DNA of 63,775 nucleotides, filler included, from Vannella sp. (GCA_023345925.1; 6 parts of 6 records of this genome joined end to end with filler, not necessarily neighbours in it); one strand, 5' to 3'. Shown: positions 25,646-38,762, counted from the first letter of the whole stretch. The notes: a model not told the origin generated them from the letters alone. Program-made: numbers and translations.

Positions 25646-27503
25646 ATGACGATCGACAGCCACGCTCTGGAGGAGAAGTTGGGCAAAAAGAGTTACGAGG
25701 ACCTCTTCAAGTTGGTTTCTCAGCTTAAGAGAAGGTTAGTGGAGGTGTGAAAGGGACTGGGAGTGGTGTTGATGAGGGAACAGGGAGATCCTCGGCTCCT
25801 ACTCTGTTTCTCTCGCTGTCGCGCAGTTTTATCGCACTTTGGCGGCGAAGGCGCCCTGGAAGACACCTGAAGAAGCTATTTCTGTTATTCACTTGCTCGG
25901 TAGCATCTTCACGAAAGCTCAGTCCATCGAACTGTGCCTGGGGAACATCACTCGCCGCGTCCTCTTCTTTATTCGCGAAGCCCACGCGCATGTGATGAAG
26001 CTAGACGCCCCAAAGAAGAAGTTGACATTGGACTTTCTTTTGGCAAGCCAAGAGGCTGCTCCCACCGGCGAGCAGCGAGTGGAGTTCTCGAGTGGGTCTT
26101 TCGCTTTCCTTCTCATCTTCGGTAGCGCTTACTGACGAGTGGGGGATGGTGTAGAAGTCAAAACCCTTGTATTAGATGGGATCAACATCCTTCTGGAGGA
26201 GCTTAACGGCGTAAACCAGAACATCTGCGACATGGCTGTCGATCACATCCATTCAAAGTGCGTAGACCTCTCTCCTATGCTCCGCAGATCGTCTTTATGT
26301 ATCCTAAACCCTGGTTAGTGAGATCATCATGACATACGGGTGTTCAAACACTGTGGTGAGCTTCCTCAAGGAGGCAGGGCGCAAACGCAACTTCCAAGTC
26401 GTCGTTGCTGAGGCTGGTAGGTCAAAGCGTCGGACAAGATATCTGTAAAGCTAACCGACCTTCAAGCACCACTCTTCCGCGGCAAACAAACTGCCAAACA
26501 GCTCGCAGAGGCCAAAATTGACACGACATTGATTGCCGATTCCGCAGTGTTCTGCATGATGTCCCGCGTGAACAAGGTCATTGTTGGCACCAATGCAGTT
26601 CTTGCTAATGGAGGACTCTTGGCTGTATCAGGAGTACGAATGCTTGCAGAGGCAGCAAAATACCATTCGGTTCCTTTTGTGGTCATCTCGGGCATGTACA
26701 AGCTCTCTCCAGTCTATCCAAACGGCAAGAACTTTGCGAATGACATGAGCTCCCCTGGAAACATCATCTCCTTTGAGGAGCGTAAGTCACTTCGCAGGTG
26801 TCGTCACGTTCCCATCTTAATTGGGCAAAAGTGGACAGAATCTGCAAGGACAACCCTTCTGGAGTCGACGTTTTGAATCCAAGCTTAGATTATATCCCTC
26901 CTGAGCTTGTCAGCCTGTACCTAACGAACAAGTGAGCCAAAATGGTATCCTGTTTCTTGAGTGACTTACAATTATGTTCAGCGGGGCCCACAGTCCTTGT
27001 GACATCTACCAGATGCTGGCAGAGTACTACAGTCTCTCAGATTACACTTTTGATTCGTTTGACGAGGATCTCTTGCACTTGCAGAAGTTATTGAAGCTTC
27101 CCCGTGACAAAGTGGAAGACTCTCTCATCTCCTTCCTGGTGGACAGGCCCTCCTTTGATGTCAACCAAAAAGTGGTTCGTCCTTCTGTTCGTCTCTTCTC
27201 ACCACCTCAACCCCTTCCAGGATGACCAAAGCCTGCTAGAGTATGCAAGTGAAGGGAACCTAGTAGAACTTGCTGAATTTCTGCTCGGCCGGGAGGAGGT
27301 TGACCTTTCAACCGGAGTAAGATACTTTAATGTCCTTTAGGGGAAGGCTAATGACCTTTTCCCAGATCCAAATGAGAATTGCCTGTCAAAACGAACACAA
27401 GGAAATCGCCTGTTTGCTCTTAGCTCGCCCCAGCATGGTTCTCGACGAAGACGTGTCAAGAGACTATGCAGAATTCATAGAGCAGATCAAGAGAGCTCCA
27501 TAG
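25646..27503 (+). CDS. EIF2B2: eIF2B beta subunit with a C-terminal ankyrin-like extension, many introns
   Basis: GNITRRVLFFIRE, IADSAVFCMMSRVNKVIVGT, YKLSP, NPSLDYIPPELVSL; frame continues into ANK-like exons up to TAG 27501-27503. Confidence 0.85.
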
Positions 27504-27546
27504 AGATTCTCTCAATGAGCTCCTGGGCATCAACAAACGAAAGAAT

Positions 27547-29409
27547 TTACTTTTCAGAGTATGCTCGGCAAGCTTGTTTTGCCACACTTCGGCATGAAAG
27601 GGCAACAGTCGGGTCATTGCCAATCTTTTGAGCCACTTCAAGGCTCTCTCGCAATCGACTTGGTCTCGTGGCCTTTGCCAGAGACTTAAAAAGGGAAACC
27701 AGCTTCATAAGACATTGCAGTGCTACTTCCAGGTACCTTGACAAAGAGCATGAGAATCACTTGGATAGAAGAGAGTGAAAGCCACTTACAAAGTGAATCC
27801 TGTTCCCAATAGGAGAGGAAGTAGCTTATTGAAAGTAGCCAAGTCTTCCCCGGTCGCCGCAAAATCATCCAAATGATCCAAACAACAGTCTATTGCGACT
27901 GAAAGCATTGCTGTGTCAATGTCTTTGATCGAGACAGCCGCAAAGAGACTCAAAATGCCGTTAATATTGGACTTTTTGCCTTCGAGAGGCTTCAGAAGTC
28001 TCTGTCGCTTGCTCATTGCTGCCAAGAAGGCTTTGTGTTTCTCCCCAGAGAGATCAGAGATAACAGAAGCTTCAGTCAATGCCTGACTTCCTGTTCCAAG
28101 GAGAGAAGCACACAAATCAGTCAGCGGAAGGGCAGATTCGGCATTCTTCCGGTCTTGGACAATGCGTTGGCTGAGAGCTTGGACAGGTTTCGAAAGGACA
28201 ACTGCTACTGGAGAGGGAAGCCCAATAAGAGGTTCAGCTTGGGCGGATCGCTCGTTCAGATCAGGAATTGACTTCTCAGTAAGATTGGGAGTTTCTGCGA
28301 CCTGAAGAGGCGCAACCTGGAAAGTAGTATCAAATAGCCATAGAGAGAAACTGTTAGAAGATCCACAGACTAAACTGAGCATGCTTGAGCCGCTGAGCAT
28401 CACATGAGAAGGAGTTCGGTCGCTCGGCACAGAAATTGTTCCGCTGAGAAGTAACTGGAAGGCTTGTTTGTCCCATTGGAACTTCTCAAGACAATTGCAC
28501 TGGAAGAGAAGCAAATCCTCACCATCAGAAGTGAAGCTTATCTTCGAGGGAGTCCGAACTGAAGCGACATTCGCTCTCTCAAGGCACTGTAACAGCCTAA
28601 AGCTGGTCATATCCCACACCCGTAGGGTGCCAGCGAGGGTGATAGTCACTAGAATCATGTGAAGTGGGTGAAAGGCCAAGTCTACGATGGCTTCTTCAGT
28701 TAAGGGGTGCTCAACCGCAAAGATCTCCACTCCCTGGCTCAGATCAAAGATCCGGAGCATGTTTGACTCTTCTGGATCTTCTTCAACACGATGATGAAGA
28801 AGTGAGGTGTAGCAAAGCCACTTTCCATCAGGAGAGAACCTCAAACACGGAGGTGCCGAACGCTTAACTGCCCCCAGGAGCTTCTGCTCAGGGCGGATCT
28901 CCTTGATAATGCGACGCTGACGAAAGTCCCAAAGTTGGATGGTATTGCTCGATCCCATGGTGGCCAGAACATCCACTAGAGGGTGGAACTCGAGAGCCAC
29001 ACAAGACGAGTTCTCCCCACACCCGAACGTACGGACAGCTTTGCCATCCTGTTGTAGATCCCATACCTTGACAACGCCATTCTCAGCACCTCCTGCGATG
29101 TAGCTCTCCTTTGGATGCGAGGTGACGCAGGTGATCGTGCTTGTCTGCCCTCGGAGGACCTAAACAGGAGTGAGGGCACTGCAAGAGCGATTAGAAGTAC
29201 CTACCGTGACAGGCTCACGCTTAGACACAAGCCAGATGCTCACATTATGAGCAGAGTCCCCTGTAATGAGCAACTTCTTCTGTTTTATGCAAATGGCTGC
29301 ACAGGACAACACCGCTCCTTCGCTCTCCTCTGCTTGGAAGCGCTCTACCCAGAGTGAGACTCTACCCCTTCACCATGAGCTTCCTACGGATGAGTTTGCA
29401 GTGCTCCAT
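27547..29409 (-). CDS. Katanin p80-like protein (WD40 plus con80-like C-terminus)
   Basis: WD repeats (FHPL..WDFRQR, RFSPDGKW, LAFHP) and a C-terminal helical HxxFLAAMSKR region. Confidence 0.7.
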
Positions 29410-29471
29410 GGCACTCCAAAGGAGACGAAGAAAAATGGCGGGAAAATTTCCCGCCAAGTGAAGGGTCTTTT

Positions 29472-30203
29472 TTAATAACACGTAGGACTGTATGACTGAG
29501 GAATGGAGACGGGAAGATCAAGTTCAAGAACTTCTGAGGAGAAGCGGAGCTCTTCAAGGGTGGCGTTAAGGCAGATAAACTCATCGTGCCGTTTGGTGAT
29601 GGAAGAGTCGCCTGCTGCGACCTTTCCGTCGCCAATGTAAAGTTCTAAGAGCCGCAGCTCACAGTATAGGAACGCTCTTAGCTGCCAGACTGTGCGGGGA
29701 GCGGGAAAACGAAGATATTCCGCTTCGTTGATGAAGGGGCGGTTCCCTTTGAGTGCTTCGTGGAAGTGGAAGCCAGCTTGGGCCTCCAACTCCTTCAGAT
29801 CTGATTTACGTAGCGAACAGTCGAGTCTTATGTAGTCAGGGAGGACAGCTGGGTAGCAGAGACCAAGGAATCTCTCAATCCCTCGCCAAGTTGCAGGGCT
29901 AACCATCAGCTCTTCCCCCAGGGGCCGAAAGAGAACCAGTTTCTGAGGGATACGATGAGTAACAACGTCCTCGTAGATGTAATCGGCCTGAAAGCCAAGA
30001 CTGAGCAGAAACTCCCAACCAGAACCTTCGAAAAGTCCCTCCACGGCTTCTTGTGAGAACAAGAAGACCGTTCGGCGGCTCACTACACTCAAAGAATGTA
30101 AAGGTAACTCTGGTCGCTCAGCAGTACCAGAGCAAACGCGCCCAAACACAGGACACTCACTTGTTTCAAGAAACCTTCGTAACGCAACGCGCACCCCTTC
30201 CAT
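29472..30203 (-). CDS. Hypothetical protein, 243 aa
   Basis: Intact ATG-initiated ORF filling the intergenic gap; no motif recognised. Confidence 0.55.
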   Translation of the reverse strand: MEGVRVALRRFLETSECPVFGRVCSGTAERPELPLHSLSVVSRRTVFLFSQEAVEGLFEGSGWEFLLSLGFQADYIYEDVVTHRIPQKLVLFRPLGEELMVSPATWRGIERFLGLCYPAVLPDYIRLDCSLRKSDLKELEAQAGFHFHEALKGNRPFINEAEYLRFPAPRTVWQLRAFLYCELRLLELYIGDGKVAAGDSSITKRHDEFICLNATLEELRFSSEVLELDLPVSIPQSYSPTCY

Positions 30204-30271
30204 CCCAACGCCGTATCGAACTGAGAAGCAGTAAACACTGTAAATGAAAGGGAAAATGTATGTGATGAAGG

Positions 30272-33200
30272 CTACGAGGTTGGGCTAGTGTTGCTTTGGA
30301 GTTTGATGTTTTTGAGGTTTTGAGATCTTCGAACGCTCTTCACCCAGAAGACTAACTCGTTGATAGCGACAGCGATGATGACGATGAGGATGGCGAATGC
30401 GATGAAGGCAATGGAAAGATAGGATAGGAAATAGGATCTTTCTTCCTTGCAGCCTCCGTTTGCACTTGCGCTGTTGTCTCCCCCATTTAGCAGAAGAGCA
30501 AACGATGTGAGATGATCCGTTGTGCCACAGAAGCTGGTTCCGTTCTTCTTCAGGCAGTTGTCTTGACAAAGCCATTTGTCCTTTCTCGTATCAAAGAACC
30601 CTAAACATGCCTTGACCCCTTTTCTGTGAGAACCCGCACTTTTGCTTCATCCACCCTATGATTCTCACCTTTGAACCGTCAACATTGCTGGATTGCTCCA
30701 GGCAGATGGTAATTTGAGAGCTCAGTTGGGTTGTGTTGTCTCCTGAGGGACTTTGAATCGTAATGTCGACCAGAACTTGGCCAAGAGTGCCTCCATTCAC
30801 TTGGTTGTTGGAACCTTGAACAAAAGTGGCAAGAAGCGAACCCTCTGACACTTGTCTGGGAACCAAGATAGTTCCAAGTTGCTGTCCTTCCGCATTCAAA
30901 GATACGACATCAATGGAGCTGGTCAGATTGTAAAACAGAGAGTCGCTCACACAATTACCCTGTCGACAAATGTCACTTGCAGCTGTTGGAAGGAAACTGG
31001 GACTTCGAACAGCTATCGGAGAGGGAGAGAACTGTCCCAAAAATGACTGAGAAGGTGGCGGTGATGGAGATGTGGATCCTGAGAATTGTTCTTCGCTCTT
31101 AGAAGGTGAAATAGAGAGCGGGATAGGACTCATGGAGGGAGAGACGGAGTCTGGTTCCACAGAGTTTGAAATGATGGATGCCTGGAAGCTTTGAGAGGGG
31201 GAAAGCGATGAAGAAGGTAGGGCACTCTCGAAAGGCGGGACCGAGGGGGAAGACTCAGGGCTATTAGATGCACTCTCTGACACAGAGGGCAAAATCAGAG
31301 ACAATGTGGCGGATGGAGAATTGATGCTGACAAACGTGCGACTAAATGATGGAGACTGCAAGGGAGAAGCTGCCTCAGAGACAGATATCCCGCTGGAGAC
31401 AGAAAATTTGGCGGAGTTACTGGGACTTCTGGAATTGTTTGCTGGAACGCTAGAAATTGAAATGTTGGCCGAAGGATTGGCACTACTGGTTTCTGTTTGG
31501 CTTTGACTTGGGGATGGAGAGGAACTTGTCGTCAGTGATGGAGAAGAACTTGTCGTCAGTGATGAAGAGGGAGCAGAAGAGGGCAGAGCAACGGAAGACG
31601 AGTTGGCATTGAATGTAATTGAACTATTACTATGGTATGATCCCAGTGTGATGGATACGGAGCAACTCAGAGTGCCATTAATGGTTCCTGCATCAATACA
31701 TAATTGGTTTTCGGAATTCACCCAAAATCTGCTTGGACACTGAACCACGGAGGCGGGGGGAGATGAAGGGCAAATACTAATTCCAATGGGAGCTGAACAA
31801 CATGGGCTAGAAGTGTCAGCGCAAGAGACATTCTGATTAGGCTCTGATAGGAAGTGTGCTCTCAGCTCATTCGTTGAGTTCAGAGAAGTCTGGATTTTGA
31901 TCCCAAAGAGATGACTTGGAGAATTTCTGCTTTGAGTCAGGAAGCATTCAGTTCCAGGAGGAAAGAAACTATCCGTTTTGAGGGGAGAATCTGAAGAGAT
32001 CAAGACGAACGAATCTCCAACATTTGGTATAAATGTTGGATCCACGAAGATGTCCAAGGGAGTCAAATCAGTTCCAATGAGGAACTGGGCCACCTTGAGA
32101 GTGGAATAAAAGTTCTTGTTTTCTAAATGGAAGGTGAGGCCCCCACTACTGCAGTTAAGAGTGCCCTCAATTGTGAGGGGAGAGGTTTCTAATGCACCCT
32201 GATCGTCAAAATGAACTGGCGAAGGCGTTAATCTTCCAATGTTCGTGATTGTCAAGTTCTTGACAAAACGGGCCGTGCCTATAAGATCAGTACCGCAAAT
32301 GAATGAATTATGCAATACTGTCCCATTAATTATGTGATTGGGGGACTCAAAAATCGCAGGCGCATCTATCGTAGTGTTCTTGGAGATTCTAGTTCCTCCA
32401 TTCAAGACTAATCTACTTGAGGATCGATAAAGAGTTGAAGGAAGCCCAATTTGGCGCCAGCAAATGATAGAAACATCTTGCTGATCCTTATTATACAGTG
32501 ACACTGAGGCAGCGGTGTGGTTTTGCAAAACCAGGGACTCCGCAAATATCTTTACCGTCACTAACATGTCCGCCGTTATCGTCAGATCCAGCGCGGATTG
32601 GACGAACGGGATTTTAATGATAATGGCTTTGAGTCCAACATTTGTAATCATGTTTCGCAAACTGGGTTGCACCTGAAGCGAGTTTGTGGCGGACATTGTA
32701 AGAGGTTTCGAGCAAATCACTTCGATTGGATGCTCGCTGATAAATGTGATGTTCTCCGCTTCATAAGAACCGCAAATTTCGAGATAAGATGAGAAAGAGG
32801 TCAGATTAAAGCCGAAGCCCTGGATTTCAGATAGAACTATAGATGAGTTTTGCAAGGAGATATGGAAGCTTCCTCTCATAGTCAGTTTCGATTCAAAGTC
32901 CAAAAATGAATCGCTTCCCACGATCGAAAGTGGCTGATTTAGCTCAGCGTCGGTGAGGAAAGTAAGATTCGAACGGTAAAGACTAATCTCACCACAGTAC
33001 ACTTGAATGGCATTTGTTGACGTCAGAGATATCTTTGATTGGTTCCTAGCAGGTAGGAATGATAGCAGGGAGGTATTAAATACAATCTCGCTGGCTTCAA
33101 TGAAGAGAACGTCCGCCATAACTTGAAGCGTTGAGCCAGAAAACAGAATTTTGTCCGATTCACCCAATGTTTGGAGAGCCATGAAGTGCGCATTGTCAAG

Positions 33201-33361
33201 AGTAATATTGCCACTGAGCTCAATGGCAACTGGGCCTTTTCCATAGACATTGAGAATTGTGTTCAGGCCCGCTTTTATAGAGGCAATCCTCACTCCTGCA
33301 CCTTGGGTAGAAGTTCCTGTAACAGTGATTAAAGAAGATGTCGGAGTTTCAAACATAACAT
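30272..33361 (-). CDS. 5'-truncated surface protein: beta-helix/passenger-like region, Ser-rich stalk, GPS motif, single TM
   Basis: 921-aa ORF plus a phase-0 intron leading to ACLGFFD..WLCQD..CGTTDHLTSFALLL, a TM helix and TAG at 30272; truncated at contig end. Confidence 0.8.
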
Positions 33362-33716
33362 NNNNNNNNNNNNNNNNNNNNNNNNNNNNNNNNNNNNNNN
33401 NNNNNTTAATTAATTAANNNNNNNNNNNNNNNNNNNNNNNNNNNNNNNNNNNNNNNNNNNNCAAGAAGGAAGGATTCATCTCCCTTTCAGGTTGAATGAC
33501 GACTGCCTGAAGGCCACTAACGGAAAGTCCTCGTTTTCGCAGCTCATCCCTAGTCCAGGAATCGAGACCCGAACTGGTCAATGGGAGCTTGCTGGTTCCC
33601 AAAAGTATCTTCATACGGTCCATGTTCTCGTCGTTTCTTTTCGGACAAATGGCTCAGCATCTTCTTTGTACTTTGACATCCCCATCATGCATATCATTAA
33701 GGAAGTGGCCACACAG

Positions 33717-36287
33717 TTATATTGATTCCTTGGGGACATTGGATTTCGGGGGTTCTGTGCACGCGGAGAACCACGGACTGGTCAGCACTCGCTCCATTAG
33801 GCGGTTTAGCTCCAACAGATTGCCTTGACGTAGTTGCACTTCCATCAAGACTGTCAAGGACTTTCTCTTCCTCCTCTTGGTTCTGACTTTCTTCCGTCGG
33901 GAGGAGTGAGTTCGTCCACATTCCGAGTCTGAGTCATCAGAAGACAGGAAATGGTCCACCACATCCAAGCGCGGTCTGGCCTCAACGGTTGAGCCAGCGA
34001 CTGTAACTCTCCGATGGGATTCCCGGCGGGACGGAGATGGGTCGCGACTGAGTGCATGCCGAGAGCTATCCCGACTTGAATGGCGCTTCCGAGAGCGGGT
34101 GGGATCTGTGGTGGGAATGCCCGAGTCATTGGAGATCTTCTTCAGATTACGAGCGGCGAGCAAGAAAGGGGCCTGACCGTCTGTACTTGACTCAATATGC
34201 ATTAACTCTTGAGTAGACATTCCCGGCGACACTTCAGTGTCAGACCGTCCTGTCTCAGAATCTGAAAGACTTGGCGATCCCCCAGCTGCCCAAGACACTT
34301 GGGGCTCAATACGGAGAATCTGCTGTAGGGAATGCACAAAGTCAATAACAGGCTTTTGAAGTGTGATTCCAAGATCTACATACATGACTGATTCCGCTTT
34401 CCCTTCCTTCTAAGAGTCCAATAGAGAACTTGAGCTCTTTTGGGGGATAATGGCACTTCAAAAGATCTGTCTGGGTGCGTTAGAGAGTCCCTCAGCATCC
34501 AACTCCTTACAGAAGACGGGACTGTTGTGTGGTATAGAGTTTGTGGCATTCACTACGACTACATCTAAAGTGCGCAGAGTGGTCGCTAACGCTGGTGGGT
34601 CCATCTCACTTCGCTTCGTTCTCAGGGCATGGACCATTATGGAGGGGTTCTGTGGTATGCGGTTGGCAAGCCAAGGATGCTTTAGAAGTTCAGCAAGAGC
34701 AGGACGGTCTTTGGGGTTCAGTTGGAGAATAGTCCGGATAATATCTTGAGCTGGACGTGAAAGGGTGTCTGGCACTTCATAGCGAGCTAAGCGGATGTCC
34801 TCCAGAAGCTGATTGATATCAGAAGAGAAGAAAGGAGGTTGCCCAACGAGCATTCGGTACAATGCCACTCCCATGGCCCAGGCATCTGTTTTCTCTCCCG
34901 AGTAGCATTCTCCATTCACCTGCTCGGGAGAGAGATGATAGAGAGACCCGACAGCAGTAGAGAACATGTCCCATCCCTGAGGAAAGATGCCAGCTTGGCC
35001 AAAGTCACTAACGTGGACGATTCCTTCGTTATCCAGAAGAAGGTTCTCTAGCTTGAGGTCACGATGGACCACTCCTTGGTGATGGCAATAGTCCACTGCT
35101 TGCAGCAGCTGGTAGAAGTAATGGCGCGCCAACTCTTCCGATAGGGGATGGACAGCGACATACTCAGCAATGCTCCCTCCACCGCACAGCTCCATCACAA
35201 AGTAAACGTTATCAGGCCCTTCTAAAACCTCTTCTAGCTGGACTACATTGGGGTGCTTGAGCATCAGCATCGCCTTAATCTCGTTGTCCAATCGGGACAA
35301 GTCCGTTTGATCCCCTTTGGGGATGAACTTGATGGCCACGTGCCGTTTGTTCTTCTTGTGGATACCCAAACGAACTATACCATACGCCCCTTCTCCTAGC
35401 TTCCATCGGATGCAGTAGTCTCCAACATACTGAGCCTAATGGAGAAAGTGTGTTAGTGACTTGATGGGAAGGAAGGCAATGCAGCCTACATGGGACTCCT
35501 CTTCGACTAGATTGTCGTAGTTACGAATGATAAGGTCGGCTAGCACCATAAACTCCTCCTTAGTGAGGTACCCAGTCTTGCCAATGTCGTATTCCCCCAT
35601 GATGGACTGGAGGAGGAGGGGTGTGATCTTCTCCTGGTCATACGAGAGCTCTGCTGTGTCGATTTGATCACGAGCTAGAGCCCGGAGGAACAGCTCGAGC
35701 TCGTCCAACTGCACTTGGTTGTTCTTGTCGATGTCCACCAGCTTAAACAGCCAGTTCATGAACATCTCACGTCCCTCTACCTTGCGGAGAGAGTGCTCCA
35801 AGTACTCTCGCGTCTTCCGCTCCTCTTTACGAACTGTTTCCCTCAGTAAGGACTCGGGAGACAGTTCGCTCGCTTCGTCTGCTCTCCCCTTAGGCTTTCC
35901 ACTTCCAATGAAGGCAGGAGTAGCATCATTACGACCTAGAGCCATAGTAGACGCCTCCTGACTGCCTAGAGTGCGCCAACAAGGCTCATCCAGGTTGTCA
36001 TGAGAGCGTTCCTTCTTCAAAAAGCGTCGGAAGAGGCCTCCCGACCTCTTCTGCCTGATAGAAGCAGAGTCCAATCGTCTCAGCTGCTTCACAAGCTCCT
36101 GGAACTCCGTAAAAGTGAGGGAGCCTTCGTGTTTCGTGTCAAAACGAAAGAGTTGGCCCACAGACGTTCCCGCGATCTCAGGAAGATCAGAGTTCAGCAG
36201 CTGGCGCAAGTTCACCGTTCCCGTGTTGTCCTTGTCCAAGGTATGGAACAGCTCCTTCAGCTCCTCCGTGGAGTGTCCCTGACCCAT
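33717..36287 (-). CDS. EF-hand-containing Ser/Thr kinase (CAMK/SNF1-CIPK-like), putative N-myristoylation, 2 introns
   Basis: MGQGHS start; EF loops DKDNTGTV, DTKHEGSL, DIDKNNQV, DIGKTGYL; GEGAYG, VAIK, HRDLKLEN, DFG. Confidence 0.88.
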
Positions 36288-36354
36288 CCCCCCAAGGACT
36301 GACGTGGCTAAGTCCTCTTTCATTGGTCGGGCCTTCCCAATGTCTATTGAACCT

Positions 36355-36897
36355 CTAATCGAACAGACCACGGGCTGGAGCGCTGCTATTCTGGCTGATG
36401 TACGCGGACACGTCAAAGTCGGAGGAGATCTCTTGCGAGGCAATGGAAGGTGTGGACGACGTCGTAGAGAGCTTCTGGAGCAGCGATTCTACTTGGAGGG
36501 TGATGGAGTCAGCATCGTCTTGTAGTTTGGTGTCTTTGGCAGGCTGTTGGGGCAGGAAGAAGTCCTCTTCCTCATTGGCAGTGGAAGAGAGGGATTGTGG
36601 TAGGCTTTGGGGCTCTTCTGAAGTTTTAGTGACATCGAGGGGGTTGGTCTCAACCTCTTCCTTCTCGTCTTCGAAGAGAGCGCCGCGCCGGGTGGCAGAA
36701 GAACCACTCCAAACCTTCTTCTCCTTCTGCTGGTGAGTTAACAACTCGGTAGCCAGCTCCAAGTCATCAATACGTGTATCATCCTCTACCGTATCCTCTT
36801 CTGTGAACAAACTCGCACTCCGATTGAGCCTGGCAGCGTAAAGCTCATCCGAGTCGGTCTCCCTCACCGTGACCTGTCCAAACAAGCCTTTCTTCAT
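36355..36897 (-). CDS. Hypothetical acidic low-complexity protein with LF[DET] motifs
   Basis: Intact ORF ending FDVSAYISQN..GLFD. Confidence 0.55.
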   Translation of the reverse strand: MKKGLFGQVTVRETDSDELYAARLNRSASLFTEEDTVEDDTRIDDLELATELLTHQQKEKKVWSGSSATRRGALFEDEKEEVETNPLDVTKTSEEPQSLPQSLSSTANEEEDFFLPQQPAKDTKLQDDADSITLQVESLLQKLSTTSSTPSIASQEISSDFDVSAYISQNSSAPARGLFD

Positions 36898-36955
36898 CAC
36901 CTGCAATTAAATGACATTAAAATAAGCCTTTTCGTCATTCTTTCTCGCTCCTGAG

Positions 36956-38009
36956 ATGGCGGCGGGGCGCCTGTTGCGGGTCGGGCAAAATGCCGCTTCT
37001 AGGTTGACTGGGGCTGCGCCGTTGGCTACTTGGAGAGATGAGGTGGATAGCCTGAGAGAGGCGCATAAGTGGGACAGTGCGCTGGAGACGTATCGTCGCT
37101 TGGGGAAGGACAAGGACGCTTCGATTGAGGTTTTGGTCCTTGGCCAGAAAGCTCTTGCTGAGGGGAACCACCAGGAGGCTACAGATCAATGGGCACTGCT
37201 TGCTGGAGATGGAGGTGGCCAGTTCTCTCACTATGTGGGTTCCCCTGCTCTCTCCTCCTGCTGCATCTTACGCTGGGGGCTTTAAGGAAGCGGAGTCACT
37301 TCTTGGCATTTTGGCTGTGAGCCTTGGTGATCATGACCTTGCAGATGGCTACTGTGTTCGTACCAATACCCCTTCAAGTGTCTGTATTGACACCGCACCC
37401 TTTCGGGAGGTTAGAATAGCGTGCTTCAGTACGTGAAACAACTAGAGGATGTGACGATGAAGGATCCTCTCTTCACGACGTACCGCTTCAGTCTTCTCAT
37501 GCAAGCACTCAACTTACTGGCCAAGCAAAGGCTGGACGAAGCCAACGGGATCTATGAGGTTGTGGAGACGACCACACTGCGCTACCAGAAGGTCAATACG
37601 GTACCTCTTGGTGCCAATGCGCAAGCACAGTACAGTGAGGCTGTCTTCCAACGATCCCTCTCTCTAGAGTCAGTCATGGACCGCACAAAGCGTCCCAGAT
37701 CTTGCTAACTTCAAGGCCACAGGAGAGATAAGAGAGGGGATCTGGTAGCTTGGAGAGAGCTACTTTTAGCTCCCCTTCCTCCATCGATGAGACAGAACGG
37801 GCGAGTCCTTGGAGCCATTGCAGAGACATGTCTTTACCACTTCCGCTGTGACCCCAGCTACCCTCTCATAGAGCCTTCAAGAGTGTATGCGTGTAACATC
37901 TTTGCACTTTCTGTCAGTAACGATGCCTCAGAGACTTTGTGCCTTCTTCCGCTGCCGAGGAAGGTATCCTTGCAGCCCTTCTTCTTGAGGACCAAGTGGG
38001 CTACTCTGT
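36956..38009 (+). CDS. Hypothetical helical (TPR-like) protein, possible mitochondrial presequence, introns, 3'-truncated
   Basis: Arg-rich N-terminus; chained ORFs separated by GT-AG introns. Confidence 0.45.
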
Positions 38010-38109
38010 NNNNNNNNNNNNNNNNNNNNNNNNNNNNNNNNNNNNNNNNNNNNTTAATTAATTAANNNNNNNNNNNNNNNNNNNNNNNNNNNNNNNNNNN
38101 NNNNNNNNN

Positions 38110-38731
38110 GCCAGATGTAAAGAGGAAGAAGCCTACTTATCAGAATCACTTGATGAAGCATGAACTGCTGGAGGAGCTGCCCACGGACTTTGCCACAGAG
38201 TGGATCTGTGTGCCGGTCCCTCAAGGGGAGCGCTGTCTCGTCATAGCATCGTCTGCTTGTACATTTGTACGTTCCATGGAAGGCAAGACCATCATGCGCT
38301 TCCCTTCTCTTCTCCCAAACGGGTCCCAGCGCAATCGGGACGGGCGAAAACAGTCTTACAGTCTCTTCGATTGCCTTTATGACGATACAACGCAGACCTT
38401 CTTCGTACTGGACATGATGTGCTGGAAGGCCAACCTCTTCTACGATAGTGACACTCAGTTCCGCTTCTTCTTCCTGCACGCCAAGTTCCAAGAGATCCCC
38501 GCGCTCGCTGAGTGTCGTGAGGACAACCCCTTCCGTTTCCTCCCTCTTCAGGCCTTTGATTGCACTCGTGAAGGCATCCAAGCGAGTCTGACATCTCCAT
38601 TGGGGTTCCCACCGCACGTGTTGGCGTTCTACAACCGAAGTACTCACTACACCCCTCACGAGACCAATCCTCTCGTTTGCTTCCTCCCCTTGGAGCAAGT
38701 AGGAGGCCTTCTCAGCCAAATACAGAGTTGA
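38110..38731 (+). CDS. SNUPN: Snurportin-1 (m3G-cap binding domain), 5'-truncated
   Basis: P.D...EWxCVPVPQGERCLVIAS, FPSLLPNG, FDCLY, VLDMMCW, DTQFRFF, TNPLV. Confidence 0.9.
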
Positions 38732-38762
38732 GCAAGAAGGACTTCTGTGATTGGGCAGAGCA

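Noticed and set aside
22817..27503. Apparent cluster of eIF2B-delta, RACK1 and eIF2B-beta
   Set aside because: A spacer at 25407-25506 puts eIF2B-beta on a different contig, so the adjacency is not established
37964..37971. GTATCCTT, resembling a U12-type donor
   Set aside because: The ORF reads through it and the contig ends before a branch site or acceptor can be assessed
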